A DNA stretch of 64,000 nt from an uncultured Bacteroidales bacterium (GTDB lineage Bacteria > Bacteroidota > Bacteroidia > Bacteroidales > UBA932), in the NCBI GenBank assembly GCA_947367375.1, contig CANBDZ010000001.1, positions 3,972-67,971 of the forward strand, given 5' to 3'. The notes under the pieces are model-generated. The model was not told where the DNA came from and ran no database searches. It worked only from the letters and a program-made list of their open reading frames with translations. The position numbers and the translations under genes were made by a program. Below are positions 37,301 through 47,740 of the stretch, in pieces (position 1 is the first letter of the stretch; every line of letters starts with the position of its first letter).

Positions 37301-38905
37301 TTAGCAAAGTGTCGCTTTGATGAAGTCGATGCGCTTTGCGAACTCTTCTTTGCCGATGAGGGTTACGATGTCAGCGATGCCAAGGCCGCTTGATGCTCCT
37401 ACGAGAGCAAGTCTGAGGCAGTTCATCACCTTACCCATAGGCCACTCGTTTGAGCGGATGTACTCCTCAAGCGGTCCTTCGAGAGACTCTTTTGTGAACT
37501 CTCCCTCGAAACCGAGGATGAAGTCTGCCACCTGGAGGGCGAGAGTGTAGTTCTCCTCTTTCCAGAACTTGGCTGCATCCTTCTCTACAAATGCTGAAGG
37601 AGCCACGAAGAGGTAAGAAGCGATGTCCCAGAAGTCTGCTACGAATGTCGCTCTTTCCTGGATGAGCTTCACTATTCTCTTGACATAATCCTTAGAGAAG
37701 GTCTTGCCTGCGAAATCAGGAGCCTGAGCCTCGTCAACGATGTTGATGCCCTTCGACTCGAGTACAGGAATATAAAGGTCTGTAAGGTCCTCTACGTTCT
37801 TGGTGCGGAGGTACTCTTTGTTGTACCATTTAGCTTTGTCTGCATTGAATCTTGCACCAGACTTCACGACTCTCTCAAGTGAGAATGCCTGAACGAGTTC
37901 CTCGAGGCTGAAGAGCTCACGGTCATCACCAGGATTCCATCCGAGCATGGCAAGGAGGTTTACGAATGCCTCTGGAAAGTAGCCGTCCTCACGGTAGCCT
38001 CTTGACACCTCACCCTCTGCGTTGATCCACTGAAGCGGGAACACAGGGAAACCGAGGCGGTCACCGTCTCTCTTAGAAAGCTTACCCTTTCCGTCCGGCT
38101 TGAGGAGGAGTGAGAGGTGGGCGAAGCGTGGCTGAGTCTCTGTCCATCCGAATGCCTCATAAAGGAGGTAGTGGAGTGGGAGAGACGGGAGCCATTCCTC
38201 ACCGCGGATAACCTCAGTGATCTCCATGAGGTGGTCGTCCACGATGTTTGCAAGGTGATATGTAGGGAGCTCGTCCGCTCTCTTCCAGAGTACCTTGTCG
38301 TCGAGAGTGTCAGTGTTTACTTCCACGTGACCTCTGATGAGGTCGTCCATCTTCACGACTCTGTTTTCTGGCATCTTGAAACGGATAGTCCAGTCTGTGC
38401 GTGTCTCGAGAAGCTCCTTCCACTCGCTTTCAGGGAGTGAGAGTGAGTTGCGGAGACCCATTCTTGTGGTCTGATTGTAGATGAAGGTCTGTCCGGCAGC
38501 CTCCATCTCAGCTCTCTTTGCTCCGAGCTCCTCTGCAGTGTCGAATGCGTAGTAAGCGAAACCGCCTTCCACGAGCTGGTCAGCGTACTGACGGTAAAGA
38601 CCCTTTCTCTGGCTCTGTCTGTAAGGTGCATGAGGATGACGCTCTGATGCTGTCTCCACGATCTGACCGTTCTGGTCTACACCTTCGTCCGGCACGATGC
38701 CGCACCAGTTGAGGGCTTCGATGATATATTTCTCTGCTCCAGGTACAAATCTCTGTGAGTCAGTGTCTTCAATTCTTATGATGAAGTCTCCTCCACGCTG
38801 CTTTGCGAAGAGGTAGTTGTAAAGAGCCGTCCTGACTCCTCCCATGTGGAGAGGTCCTGTTGGTGACGGTGCAAATCTAACTCTTGTCTTTCTTGTCATA
38901 TCCAT
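37301..38905 (-). CDS. gltX: Glutamate-tRNA ligase
   Basis: RVRFAPSPTGPLHMGG, RIEDTD, YHLANIVDDH, KLSKRDG; TATCTTTG promoter element at 38922-38929. Confidence 0.96.
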   Translation of the reverse strand: MDMTRKTRVRFAPSPTGPLHMGGVRTALYNYLFAKQRGGDFIIRIEDTDSQRFVPGAEKYIIEALNWCGIVPDEGVDQNGQIVETASERHPHAPYRQSQRKGLYRQYADQLVEGGFAYYAFDTAEELGAKRAEMEAAGQTFIYNQTTRMGLRNSLSLPESEWKELLETRTDWTIRFKMPENRVVKMDDLIRGHVEVNTDTLDDKVLWKRADELPTYHLANIVDDHLMEITEVIRGEEWLPSLPLHYLLYEAFGWTETQPRFAHLSLLLKPDGKGKLSKRDGDRLGFPVFPLQWINAEGEVSRGYREDGYFPEAFVNLLAMLGWNPGDDRELFSLEELVQAFSLERVVKSGARFNADKAKWYNKEYLRTKNVEDLTDLYIPVLESKGINIVDEAQAPDFAGKTFSKDYVKRIVKLIQERATFVADFWDIASYLFVAPSAFVEKDAAKFWKEENYTLALQVADFILGFEGEFTKESLEGPLEEYIRSNEWPMGKVMNCLRLALVGASSGLGIADIVTLIGKEEFAKRIDFIKATLC

Positions 38906-38938
38906 TCTAAATTTTTCGCGTCAAAGATAAGAAAATTC

Positions 38939-40195
38939 CTAATCTTTCTTGTTACGGACTGCCTGTCTTTTGATTGCAGGTGTGTTTTCGAGCTCACTCT
39001 TGTCGTCTCTTTCGCCTACGAGCAGGAGAGGCTTCTTGCCTTCTTCAAATGAGATACCTTTCCTGATGGCTGTGTTGTTGTAGCCGATCTTGGTGCTTCT
39101 CACTTCAGGAAGCTCGATTCCGTCTTCAGCTGCGTGCTCGTCCTTTTTGTACACGAAGTTGCTCTCCACGACGATGATGTTGCCTGGATTTCCTTCGGTG
39201 ATCTCGATGATTCTTGCCATCTTGAAGCCTGTCGCGATGACAGTGATGCTTACTTTGTCACCGAACTCTTCAGTCTCGTCAAACACGATTCCTCGCTTGA
39301 AGTTGTTGGCGTTGCCGGTATATTCCTTGATCATCTTGTCGATCTCGTCCAGCTGCTTCATCTGAAGACCTGAGGAGTTGTTGCCGACAGTGACGTTGAT
39401 GAGCACGTTCTTGGCTGTCTTGATGTCGAAGTCATTCAGGAGAGGGGAGTCCATAGCCGCTTTTACAGCGTCCTCAATTCTGTTCTCACCTGAGCCGGTT
39501 CCGCATCCCATGAGCGCCATACCGCTGTTTGTCATCATAGCCTTGACATCCTTGAAGTCTACATTGATGAAACCGCGTTTCTTGATGATTTCGGTGATGC
39601 CTCTTACTGCAGTGGCGAGCACTTCGTCAGCCTTAGGGAAGGCGTCCTGGATAAGGAGTTCTCCGTACTCCTTGTAGATCTTTTCGTTGTTGATGATGAT
39701 GAGGCTGTCCACATTCTTCTCGAGCTCGTTGATGCCGTCGATAGCCTTTGACATCGACTCATTGCCCTCGCTCTTGAAAGGAATTGTAACGACGCCGACT
39801 GTGAGGATGCCTTTCTTCTTGGCCATTGCGGCAATCACTGGAGCGGCTCCAGTACCTGTGCCTCCTCCCATTCCGGCAGTGATGAAAAGCATCTTGGTAT
39901 TATTGTCAAGGATCTTCTCTATCTCCTCCTGAGAGTTCAGGGCAGCGTTTCGTCCTTCTGTAGGATTACATCCTGCTCCGAGTCCTTCTTCTCCGAGCTT
40001 GATCTTGATAGGGACATCGCAGCTGTTGAGCGCCTGGGCGTCAGTGTTGCACACGATGAAGGTACAGCCTTCAATATGCTGGTTGTACATATAGTTGACT
40101 GCGTTACATCCACCGCCGCCGACTCCGATCACCTTGATGATCGAGTTCTCGGGGGTCCAGTCGTTAGGTACTATATCGTTTGTTTCGAAATCCAT
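38939..40195 (-). CDS. ftsZ: Cell division protein FtsZ
   Basis: [22 protein letters not shown] tubulin signature, NVDF.D. Confidence 0.97.
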   Translation of the reverse strand: MDFETNDIVPNDWTPENSIIKVIGVGGGGCNAVNYMYNQHIEGCTFIVCNTDAQALNSCDVPIKIKLGEEGLGAGCNPTEGRNAALNSQEEIEKILDNNTKMLFITAGMGGGTGTGAAPVIAAMAKKKGILTVGVVTIPFKSEGNESMSKAIDGINELEKNVDSLIIINNEKIYKEYGELLIQDAFPKADEVLATAVRGITEIIKKRGFINVDFKDVKAMMTNSGMALMGCGTGSGENRIEDAVKAAMDSPLLNDFDIKTAKNVLINVTVGNNSSGLQMKQLDEIDKMIKEYTGNANNFKRGIVFDETEEFGDKVSITVIATGFKMARIIEITEGNPGNIIVVESNFVYKKDEHAAEDGIELPEVRSTKIGYNNTAIRKGISFEEGKKPLLLVGERDDKSELENTPAIKRQAVRNKKD

Positions 40196-40217
40196 AATTT
40201 TCTCTGAATCTATACGA

Positions 40218-41684
40218 TTACACTTCTTCTCTGCTTATGTCATCCAGAAGGGATCCTGTCTCTTCCTGCACTTTCTTCACTCCTGCCCAGAAGACGTTGA
40301 TGAATGATTTCTTCTTAGGCTTTTTAGGCTTCGGAGCGACAGTCTCGATCTCGTCATCCGCGAAGATCTCACCGTCCCTCGGCTGTGATTTCGGAGCTGC
40401 CGGTGTCACTGGAACCTCTTCTGCTGCCGGAGTCTCTGTCACTGTCTCGACAACCGGTGCCACAGGTTCTTCAATGTACTCTTCCACAGTCTCCTCCTCG
40501 ATGATCTCGCAGTTGAGCACATCCTCTTTTGCTGCAAGGATGAGTCCTATTGAAGTGGCTGCAGTCGTGTCCTTGATGCCGTCGCATCCGATGGCTGAAA
40601 TCTTGCCCTGAGGATAGCCTGTCCTTACTCTGTAGCCTGAAAGCTCGTAGATGAAATTGCCGAGGTTGGCAGTCTGCGCGCAACCTCCTGTGACTACAAT
40701 GCCGCTTCTGAGAAGGTCTGCAAATCCGCTCTGCTCGATCTCGTAAAGCATGGCCATCATGATCTCCTCGACTCTGGCTGTAATGATCTCAGAAAGGTAC
40801 TTCACTGTCACCTGCTTGTCAGGCTCAGCGTTGTTGCTGATGATGTGGAGGACCTTCTCGCTGAGGTTCTGGAGCTTCTCAGGCATACATGCTCCGTAGG
40901 CAAGCTTGATGTTCTCCGCAAGTCTCTCGGAGATCTGGCACTCTGTCTTGATGTCGTTGGTGATGTTCTTTCCGCCGAACGGGATCGAAGCGTAGTGACG
41001 CAGGATGTTTCCGTGATATATGGTAACGGATGTGCTGCCGCCTCCGAAATCGATGAGGGCAACTCCGTTCTCCATTTCAGCCTCGCTGAGGACAGCCTTG
41101 GCTGTTGTGTCAGCTGTGAAATATTTCTTTCTTGCGGTGATGCCGCTCTTTCTCATTGTTGTGTCGATGTTCTTCAGATCCTTGCTCTTGCCGATGAAGA
41201 TCTTGAAGTGGCCTTCGAGGGTGTCGCTGGCCATTCCGATGATGTCGTTCTCGATGATCTGGAAGTTCTCTCCGTCTGAGAAAGATTGTGCCACAGCTCC
41301 GTAGATGGCCTCTTTTGATTCATCTTCAAGAGGGTATGAATCCTCAGCAGACTGCTTCAAGGCAGCGATGTCCTCTGCTGTGATGTCAGTGTCCTCACCT
41401 CTGTCAATGACCTTGCCGCTGTTGCTTTCCTGGCGGACAGCGTACTTAGGCTTACCTACAACTACCTCGGTGATCTTGATGTCCAGAGCTTCCTCTGCGT
41501 CCTTGATGATCCTCGAGACCGGATCGCTGGCATTTACGGGATTGAAGATCCCGCTGTATCGGATGCCGGCTGAAGGCATCTCCTTGTAATAGATGATCTG
41601 GACGTCGTCACCGTTCACCTTTGCTACGGTCAGGGCAATGGTGGAGGTTCCCAGGTCCAGGGCTACGATGTTCTTCTCTTCCAT
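40218..41684 (-). CDS. ftsA: Cell division protein FtsA
   Basis: ALDLGTS, IDFGGGSTS, VVTGG; directly upstream of ftsZ. Confidence 0.95.
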   Translation of the reverse strand: MEEKNIVALDLGTSTIALTVAKVNGDDVQIIYYKEMPSAGIRYSGIFNPVNASDPVSRIIKDAEEALDIKITEVVVGKPKYAVRQESNSGKVIDRGEDTDITAEDIAALKQSAEDSYPLEDESKEAIYGAVAQSFSDGENFQIIENDIIGMASDTLEGHFKIFIGKSKDLKNIDTTMRKSGITARKKYFTADTTAKAVLSEAEMENGVALIDFGGGSTSVTIYHGNILRHYASIPFGGKNITNDIKTECQISERLAENIKLAYGACMPEKLQNLSEKVLHIISNNAEPDKQVTVKYLSEIITARVEEIMMAMLYEIEQSGFADLLRSGIVVTGGCAQTANLGNFIYELSGYRVRTGYPQGKISAIGCDGIKDTTAATSIGLILAAKEDVLNCEIIEEETVEEYIEEPVAPVVETVTETPAAEEVPVTPAAPKSQPRDGEIFADDEIETVAPKPKKPKKKSFINVFWAGVKKVQEETGSLLDDISREEV

Positions 41685-41707
41685 ATATATTATTCTTAAT
41701 TATTCTT

Positions 41708-41767
41708 AGATGTCTCGACAGGCTCGACATGACAGCGAAAGATGTCTCGACAGGCTCGACATGACAG
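41708..41767 (-). repeat. Two identical 28-bp REP-like copies in tandem (32-bp period)
   Basis: AGATGTCTCGACAGGCTCGACATGACAG at 41708-41735 and 41740-41767. Confidence 0.85.
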
Positions 41768-41771
41768 TGAG

Positions 41772-42554
41772 TTATTTTTTACAAACTATCTGTCCTTCGT
41801 ATTCTACATTTACATTTCGGTAGCAGTCCGCTCCTTTTGCAGGGATGATGTTGGTGTAGTACAGCTCCATCTTGCTGAACTTCTCAGCTATTCTGTCCGG
41901 CTGTCCGAAGTGGAACTTCTCGTTTCCTTCCCTTGGGATGAGAACCAGTTCTCCACCTTCGGTTACGTTGATCTGCACGATCTTGTCCTTCCAAGTACGG
42001 CTTTCTTCCATATATCTGACCACGTCAAGTACCTTTTCAAGCCAGACCTTCTGAGGACCTTCCTCAAGCCATCCCTTGAAGTCTCTGCCGATTCTGACAG
42101 GAATCTCTCCATCTATGACATGCACTCTTGAAGCGTAGCTCGCCTGGAGTGGGAATATGAATCCCTCGCTGTCTGCATAGAATCCTCCTCCGGGGGTGAG
42201 GAACCTTGCCACCGGTGTCCTCTGTGTGAGGGATACGTTAAGCATTCCGTCAGGTGTGGTGTAGGCTTCACTCTTCAGTACCGCACTCTTGCCGTCCAGG
42301 ATTTCTTCCACCTTGCGAAGGTCGATACTGTCGATGTGGCATCCCACATACTCGCCGAATTCGTTGTCAATATATTTCTTGACATCCGCGGCGCTTACGA
42401 ACCTGTTGGTGAGGCTGTCGCTTATCACGACATTCAGGCCTTTGCAGGTCAGAGGCGCACGGCAAGAAACACCGGCAATGAATGCGACACACAGGACAGC
42501 TGCGAGAAGCAGAGCTGACGAGATGTTGATTATATGTCTGACTGTCTTTGACAT
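41772..42554 (-). CDS. ftsQ: Cell division protein FtsQ
   Basis: N-terminal TM, QRTPVARF, ends YEGQIVC; position between murC and ftsA. Confidence 0.88.
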   Translation of the reverse strand: MSKTVRHIINISSALLLAAVLCVAFIAGVSCRAPLTCKGLNVVISDSLTNRFVSAADVKKYIDNEFGEYVGCHIDSIDLRKVEEILDGKSAVLKSEAYTTPDGMLNVSLTQRTPVARFLTPGGGFYADSEGFIFPLQASYASRVHVIDGEIPVRIGRDFKGWLEEGPQKVWLEKVLDVVRYMEESRTWKDKIVQINVTEGGELVLIPREGNEKFHFGQPDRIAEKFSKMELYYTNIIPAKGADCYRNVNVEYEGQIVCKK

Positions 42555-43897
42555 AGCATTTCTGTGATAGGTCCTATGAAGCGGTCAATGTTACCGGCTC
42601 CAAATGTTATCAATGTGTCTATTGGTTCATCTTTGAGGTAGTCCATGAGTTCCTCTTTCACCATTATCACCTTCTCAGGAGCTGTGACGTTTTCGAATAT
42701 GATCTCTGATGTCACACCCGGAATCGGCTCTTCGCGTGCCGGATAGATGTCAAGAAGGATGAGCTTGTCCACCGCACTGAGCGCCTGTGCGAATTCGTCG
42801 GCGAAGTCGCGTGTCCTCGTGTAGAGGTGCGGCTGGAATATGGCGGTGAGTCTTCTTCCCGGGAATATATCCCTCATCGAGCTGATCGCCGCAGAAATCT
42901 CGTTCGGATGGTGGGCGTAGTCGTCGATATATGAACAAGCAGGAGTGTTGAGGTGGATGTCGAAACGTCTCTTCACTCCCTGGAATGTACCGAGGGCGTG
43001 CTTTACCTTCTCAGGGGCAAGGCCATATGTAAGGGCTATTGCAGAAGCTGCGACTGCGTTTTCGACATTGATCCAGCCGGGAATGCCGACCCTGCAGCCT
43101 TCGATGACGCCTGCCGGCCAGTTGAGGTTGAATGTGAAATAGCCGCACTCGTCCACCTTGATGTCGCTTGCGTAGAAGTCAGCCGAGGCGTCGTCGTACG
43201 AGTACCTGAGTACTGTAGCTTCTGTGTCGCTTTCACATATTGGAAGACCTATCTTTGTGATGACGGTGCCGTTTACCTGCGAGGCGAAGTCGCGGAACGA
43301 CGCGTGCATATTCTCAATGTCTGAATATATGTCAAGATGGTCGGCGTCCATCGAGGTGATGACAGCAATGTCAGGGAAAAGCTGGAGGAACGATCTGTCG
43401 AATTCGTCCGCTTCTGCCACGATCACAGGGTTGGTGCTTACAAGAAGGTTGGTGTCATAGTTCTTGGATATACCTCCGAGGAACGCAGAGCAACCTTCTT
43501 CGCTGTCTGCAAAAATATGGGCCAGGAGTGTACTGGTGGTCGTTTTGCCGTGTGTTCCTGCCACTGCAAGGCAGTGCTGTCCTCTCGCGATCTCACCCAA
43601 GGTGCGGGAACGCTTGATGACTCTGTAGCCAGCCTGCTGCACGTGCACGAGCTCTCCCATATCCTTAGGGATGGCAGGAGTGTAAACTACCAGAGTGTTC
43701 TCGATGTCCTTCGGAACGTAATCGATATTGTCCTCGTAATGAACTTCGATTCCCTCTGCCTCGAGCGCATGGGTCAGCTCGGAAGGTGTCTTGTCATATC
43801 CTGAAACCTTCAGTCCCTTCTTGTGGTAGTAACGGGCGATGGCGCTCATTCCGATGCCGCCGATTCCGATGAAATATATGTTGCTGTACTCCGCCAT
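42530..43897 (-). CDS. murC: UDP-N-acetylmuramate-L-alanine ligase
   Basis: FIGIGGIGMSA, AGTHGKTTT, EADEFDRSF, DDYAHHP, FQPHLYTRT. Confidence 0.97.
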   Translation of the reverse strand: MAEYSNIYFIGIGGIGMSAIARYYHKKGLKVSGYDKTPSELTHALEAEGIEVHYEDNIDYVPKDIENTLVVYTPAIPKDMGELVHVQQAGYRVIKRSRTLGEIARGQHCLAVAGTHGKTTTSTLLAHIFADSEEGCSAFLGGISKNYDTNLLVSTNPVIVAEADEFDRSFLQLFPDIAVITSMDADHLDIYSDIENMHASFRDFASQVNGTVITKIGLPICESDTEATVLRYSYDDASADFYASDIKVDECGYFTFNLNWPAGVIEGCRVGIPGWINVENAVAASAIALTYGLAPEKVKHALGTFQGVKRRFDIHLNTPACSYIDDYAHHPNEISAAISSMRDIFPGRRLTAIFQPHLYTRTRDFADEFAQALSAVDKLILLDIYPAREEPIPGVTSEIIFENVTAPEKVIMVKEELMDYLKDEPIDTLITFGAGNIDRFIGPITEMLCQRQSDI

Positions 43898-43898
43898 A

Positions 43899-45017
43899 TT
43901 ACTTTATGATCTTGTATATCTCTTCTGCGATGGTCTGGGCTGCGTCCATCTTTGCCATCGCTGCTGCGTTCTTTTCAAATAGAGCGATCTTCTCACGGTT
44001 TTCTATCAGTTCGCAGGCTGCTGCCATAAGTCTTTCGACAGCTTCGCCGTCCTTGATCATCATAGCTGCATCCTTGTTTACAAGGGCCATTGCGTTGTGG
44101 GTCTGGTGGTCTTCTGCCACGTTAGGCGACGGCACGAAGATGCAGGCCTTGCTGGCTGCGCAGATCTCCGAGATGGAGCTTGCTCCTGAACGGGAGATGA
44201 TCAGGTCAGCTGCGGCATATGCCAGATCCATGCGCTTGATGAAGTCCGAGTACTGGATTGCAGGAAGCTCGCGTCCTTCCATGAATGCATCCACTGACGG
44301 CTTGTAGTACTTTCCGCACTGCCAGATGATCTCGATGTTCTCTCCGCCTGGGCATCCGTCCTCGATCCACTTCTTCATCGAGTTGTTCAGAGTGCCGCTT
44401 CCGAGGCTTCCTCCGACTATGAAGATGTGTCTCTTCTGCGGGTCAAGTCCGTAGAACTTCATTGCTTCAGCCTTTGTGGCCTCGTCTGCAGGCATGATCT
44501 CCTTTCTGATCGGATTGCCTGTCATTATTATCTTGTCAGCAGGGAAGAATCTCTCCATGCCCTCGTAAGCCACACAGATGCTGTCGACCTTCTTGCCGAG
44601 GATCTTGTTTGTGAGACCTGCGAATCCGTTCTGCTCCTGGATGAGTGTTGGGATGCCCATGCGTGTCGCTGCCCAAAGGAGCGGAGCACTTGCGTAGCCG
44701 CCTACTCCGATAGCTACATCTGGCTTGAACTCCTTGATGAGCTTCTTTGCCATATTCACGCTCTTGATGACCTTGAAAGGCAGGGCGAAGTTTGACAGAG
44801 TAAGCTTTCTCTGAAGTCCCGCTACAGGAAGACCCTTGATCTCGTAGCCTGCTGCAGGTACCTTCTCCATCTCCATTCTGCCTTCTGCACCTACGAAAAG
44901 TATTTCTGTCTCAGGGTTCAGCTCCTTGAGCTTGTTTGCAATCGAAAGGGCAGGGAAGATGTGTCCACCTGTTCCGCCTCCGCTGATGATTGCACGTATT
45001 TTTCTATATCCACTCAT
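43899..45017 (-). CDS. murG: Lipid I GlcNAc transferase
   Basis: SGGGTGGHIFPA, GGYAS, QEQN, GGSLG, SRSGAS, HQTHNA. Confidence 0.97.
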   Translation of the reverse strand: MSGYRKIRAIISGGGTGGHIFPALSIANKLKELNPETEILFVGAEGRMEMEKVPAAGYEIKGLPVAGLQRKLTLSNFALPFKVIKSVNMAKKLIKEFKPDVAIGVGGYASAPLLWAATRMGIPTLIQEQNGFAGLTNKILGKKVDSICVAYEGMERFFPADKIIMTGNPIRKEIMPADEATKAEAMKFYGLDPQKRHIFIVGGSLGSGTLNNSMKKWIEDGCPGGENIEIIWQCGKYYKPSVDAFMEGRELPAIQYSDFIKRMDLAYAAADLIISRSGASSISEICAASKACIFVPSPNVAEDHQTHNAMALVNKDAAMMIKDGEAVERLMAAACELIENREKIALFEKNAAAMAKMDAAQTIAEEIYKIIK

Positions 45018-45018
45018 A

Positions 45019-46392
45019 TTATTGTATATCGTCGTCTATCTGTTCTATTATTTCAAGTGTTGCCTGAATGTCGTCCTTTATCGGCACTTCCACTTCTTCT
45101 ATGGCCTTCATCTTCGTTCTTGCCATCTTGCTTATCGAAAGGATGATTCCGAAGGCCACGCAGAATGTCAGGAAGGCAAATGCTCCGTCGCTGAGCATTG
45201 GAAGCGTCTGTCCGGTCATCGGGATGATCTGCACATTTACAAGCATATGGAGGTAGGCCTGTCCGGTGATCAGGAAGGCAAGTCCTCCGATGGCTATCTT
45301 GGCGAATTCATTCTCACACATTCTGATTATCATCGAGCTTCGTGCCAGCAGGCTGGTGTAGAGAATCAGTATCATAAGCGCTCCGAAAAGACCGTACTCC
45401 TCAATGATGAAACTGAACATATAATCGGAATAGATGTGGGTGACGCTGTACTTTTGTGTGCTGTTGCCGATGCCTTTGCCCCAGATTATGCCCTTGCCTT
45501 CGTGGATGGCCAACTTCGCACCATAAGGCTGCCTGATCTTGTCCAATGCGTCGTAGAAATCTCTCGAGCGTGGCTTAAGTCCTTCAAGAGTCCTTGTGTC
45601 ATAGTCTGCTCCCACGCGGCTGATTAGGGTCTTGATACGCGGCATAAACTTGCCGTCAGTTGCCTTATGAAGTCCATATCCTGCTACGCACAAGGCTGCA
45701 ACGACTGCACCGGTCAGCAGCATGTCCCTGAAAGGAACTCCTCCCATCAGCATCACCACGACCAGGATAATGAATGTGAATATGGCGCTGGAGTTACTTC
45801 CGACCGCGATCATAGCACAAGTTATCAAGGTTGGGGCATATATATAAAATGCCCTTTTCCAGAAGGCCTTGCCCATGAATTCGAAGCCCTTCTTTTGAGC
45901 GAGGGCGTTGGCGATCGTGAAGTTGTCGTGTTTATATGCGTGAAGAGCCCATGCCAGGTACATCACCATGGCCACTTTGGCAAATTCGTAGACATGAATC
46001 TGCAGTCCGAATGCCATGATGGTTCTTCTTGCTCCATTGAGGGTGATCGCTGACATGAATCCAAGATCCATGTCAAGCACAAGGATGGTCAACAGTACGA
46101 ATGTGATGGCAAAACCAAACTGAGAGAGTATCCTGAACCATCCGATCTTCTTTATGCCCTGCAGCGCGATAATGATTCCAAGACCAAGAATAGCTATTCC
46201 AGCATGGCCTTTCATTATTTCCACTCGGCTTTCATCCGAAAGGGTAGAGGTAGAAGAGAAAATGGTCAGTACTGAAAATATGAGAAGAAGGAGAACGATG
46301 ATCCAGATCACCTTGTCTCCTTTTATATTATCAATGAAATTCCAGAGACCCCTCTTGGTGGTCTCTGGTGTATTACTCTCTGTGTGTTCCAT
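45019..46392 (-). CDS. ftsW: SEDS family peptidoglycan polymerase
   Basis: Multi-TM; NGARR, SDYMFSFIIEEYG, PMTGQTLP. Confidence 0.9.
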   Translation of the reverse strand: MEHTESNTPETTKRGLWNFIDNIKGDKVIWIIVLLLLIFSVLTIFSSTSTLSDESRVEIMKGHAGIAILGLGIIIALQGIKKIGWFRILSQFGFAITFVLLTILVLDMDLGFMSAITLNGARRTIMAFGLQIHVYEFAKVAMVMYLAWALHAYKHDNFTIANALAQKKGFEFMGKAFWKRAFYIYAPTLITCAMIAVGSNSSAIFTFIILVVVMLMGGVPFRDMLLTGAVVAALCVAGYGLHKATDGKFMPRIKTLISRVGADYDTRTLEGLKPRSRDFYDALDKIRQPYGAKLAIHEGKGIIWGKGIGNSTQKYSVTHIYSDYMFSFIIEEYGLFGALMILILYTSLLARSSMIIRMCENEFAKIAIGGLAFLITGQAYLHMLVNVQIIPMTGQTLPMLSDGAFAFLTFCVAFGIILSISKMARTKMKAIEEVEVPIKDDIQATLEIIEQIDDDIQ

Positions 46393-46395
46393 ATA

Positions 46396-47730
46396 TTATA
46401 GGTTTCTTACAGCTTCCTTGAACTGGCGGCCTCTGTCCTCATAGTTCTTGAACAGGTCGAAGCTTGCGCAGCAAGGGGAGAGAAGGACCACGTCTCCGGA
46501 CTTTGCAATCTGGCTTGCCAGATTTACCGCGTCCTTCGCTGATGTCACATCGTGTATCTCCGGAACCACTCCCTCGAATGAGTCGTGGAGCTTCTTGTTG
46601 TCAAGACCCATGCAGATCATTCCCTTTACTTTCTCCTTTGCAAGTGGAATCAGACTGCTGTAGTCGTTGCCCTTGTCTGTTCCTCCTACGATCCAGACTA
46701 CCGGTCTTGTCTGGCACTCGAGAGCGTACCAGGCTGCATCTACATTTGTCGCCTTAGAGTCGTTGATGTAAAGCACGTCCTTGATGCTGAGCACCTTCTC
46801 AAGTCTGTGCTCAACAGCCTGGAATGTAGCGAGACCGTTTCTGATGACCTCGTTGTCGATGTGCATAGCCTTGGCAGCTATAGCTGCAGCCATTGAGTTA
46901 TATACATTGTGCTTTCCGCCAAGAGCGAGCTCCTGAAGGTACATGTCGCACTCTTCCTCCTTGTAGCGGACGATCATTCTGTCGTCCTTGACAAAGGCAC
47001 CCTGCTTTACTTCCTCCTTCTGTGTGAACGGAAGCTTCTGAGCCTTCATTACGATCTGGTCAAGATGTCTTACAGTGATGTCGTCGTCCGAGCAGAAGAT
47101 GAAGCAGTCCTCGCTTGACATGTTCCTTGTGATGCGGAACTTTGACTTCACGTAGTTCTCCATCTTGTAGTCGTATCTGTCAAGGTGATGTGGGGTGATG
47201 TTGGTGATGATTGCAATGTCAGCCTTGAAATCATACACATTGTCAAGCTGGAAGCTGCTGAGCTCAAGCACATAGATGTCGTGCTGCTCTGTAGCTACCT
47301 GGAAAGCATAGCTCTTGCCGATATTTCCGCCAAGACCTACGTTGAGGCCGGCCTGCTCCAGGAGGTGATATATAAGTGATGTAGTTGTGGTCTTGCCGTT
47401 GCTTCCGGTGATGCAGACCTTCTTTGCAGTGTCGTAACGGCCTGCAAACTCGATCTCCGAGATCACGTTGATACCTTCGGCAAGAATTTTCTTTACCATA
47501 GGAGCTGTTGCTGGAATGCCCGGACTCTTCACCACCTCATCTGCGTTGAGGATGAGCTCTTCAGAGTGGCAGCCCTGCTCGAATGGAATCTCCCATTTGT
47601 TGAGCATAGCTACATAATTCTCGGAAATCTTACCCATATCCGAGAGGAATACATCATAACCTTTAACTTTTGCGAGGACAGCGGAGCCGACTCCGCTTTC
47701 ACCTCCACCGAGAACTACTAATCTTGACAT
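46396..47730 (-). CDS. murD: UDP-MurNAc-L-Ala-D-glutamate ligase
   Basis: ITGSNGKTTTT, ELSSFQL, NDSKATN, LSPCCASFD. Confidence 0.97.
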   Translation of the reverse strand: MSRLVVLGGGESGVGSAVLAKVKGYDVFLSDMGKISENYVAMLNKWEIPFEQGCHSEELILNADEVVKSPGIPATAPMVKKILAEGINVISEIEFAGRYDTAKKVCITGSNGKTTTTSLIYHLLEQAGLNVGLGGNIGKSYAFQVATEQHDIYVLELSSFQLDNVYDFKADIAIITNITPHHLDRYDYKMENYVKSKFRITRNMSSEDCFIFCSDDDITVRHLDQIVMKAQKLPFTQKEEVKQGAFVKDDRMIVRYKEEECDMYLQELALGGKHNVYNSMAAAIAAKAMHIDNEVIRNGLATFQAVEHRLEKVLSIKDVLYINDSKATNVDAAWYALECQTRPVVWIVGGTDKGNDYSSLIPLAKEKVKGMICMGLDNKKLHDSFEGVVPEIHDVTSAKDAVNLASQIAKSGDVVLLSPCCASFDLFKNYEDRGRQFKEAVRNL

Positions 47731-47740
47731 ATGTTGACTA

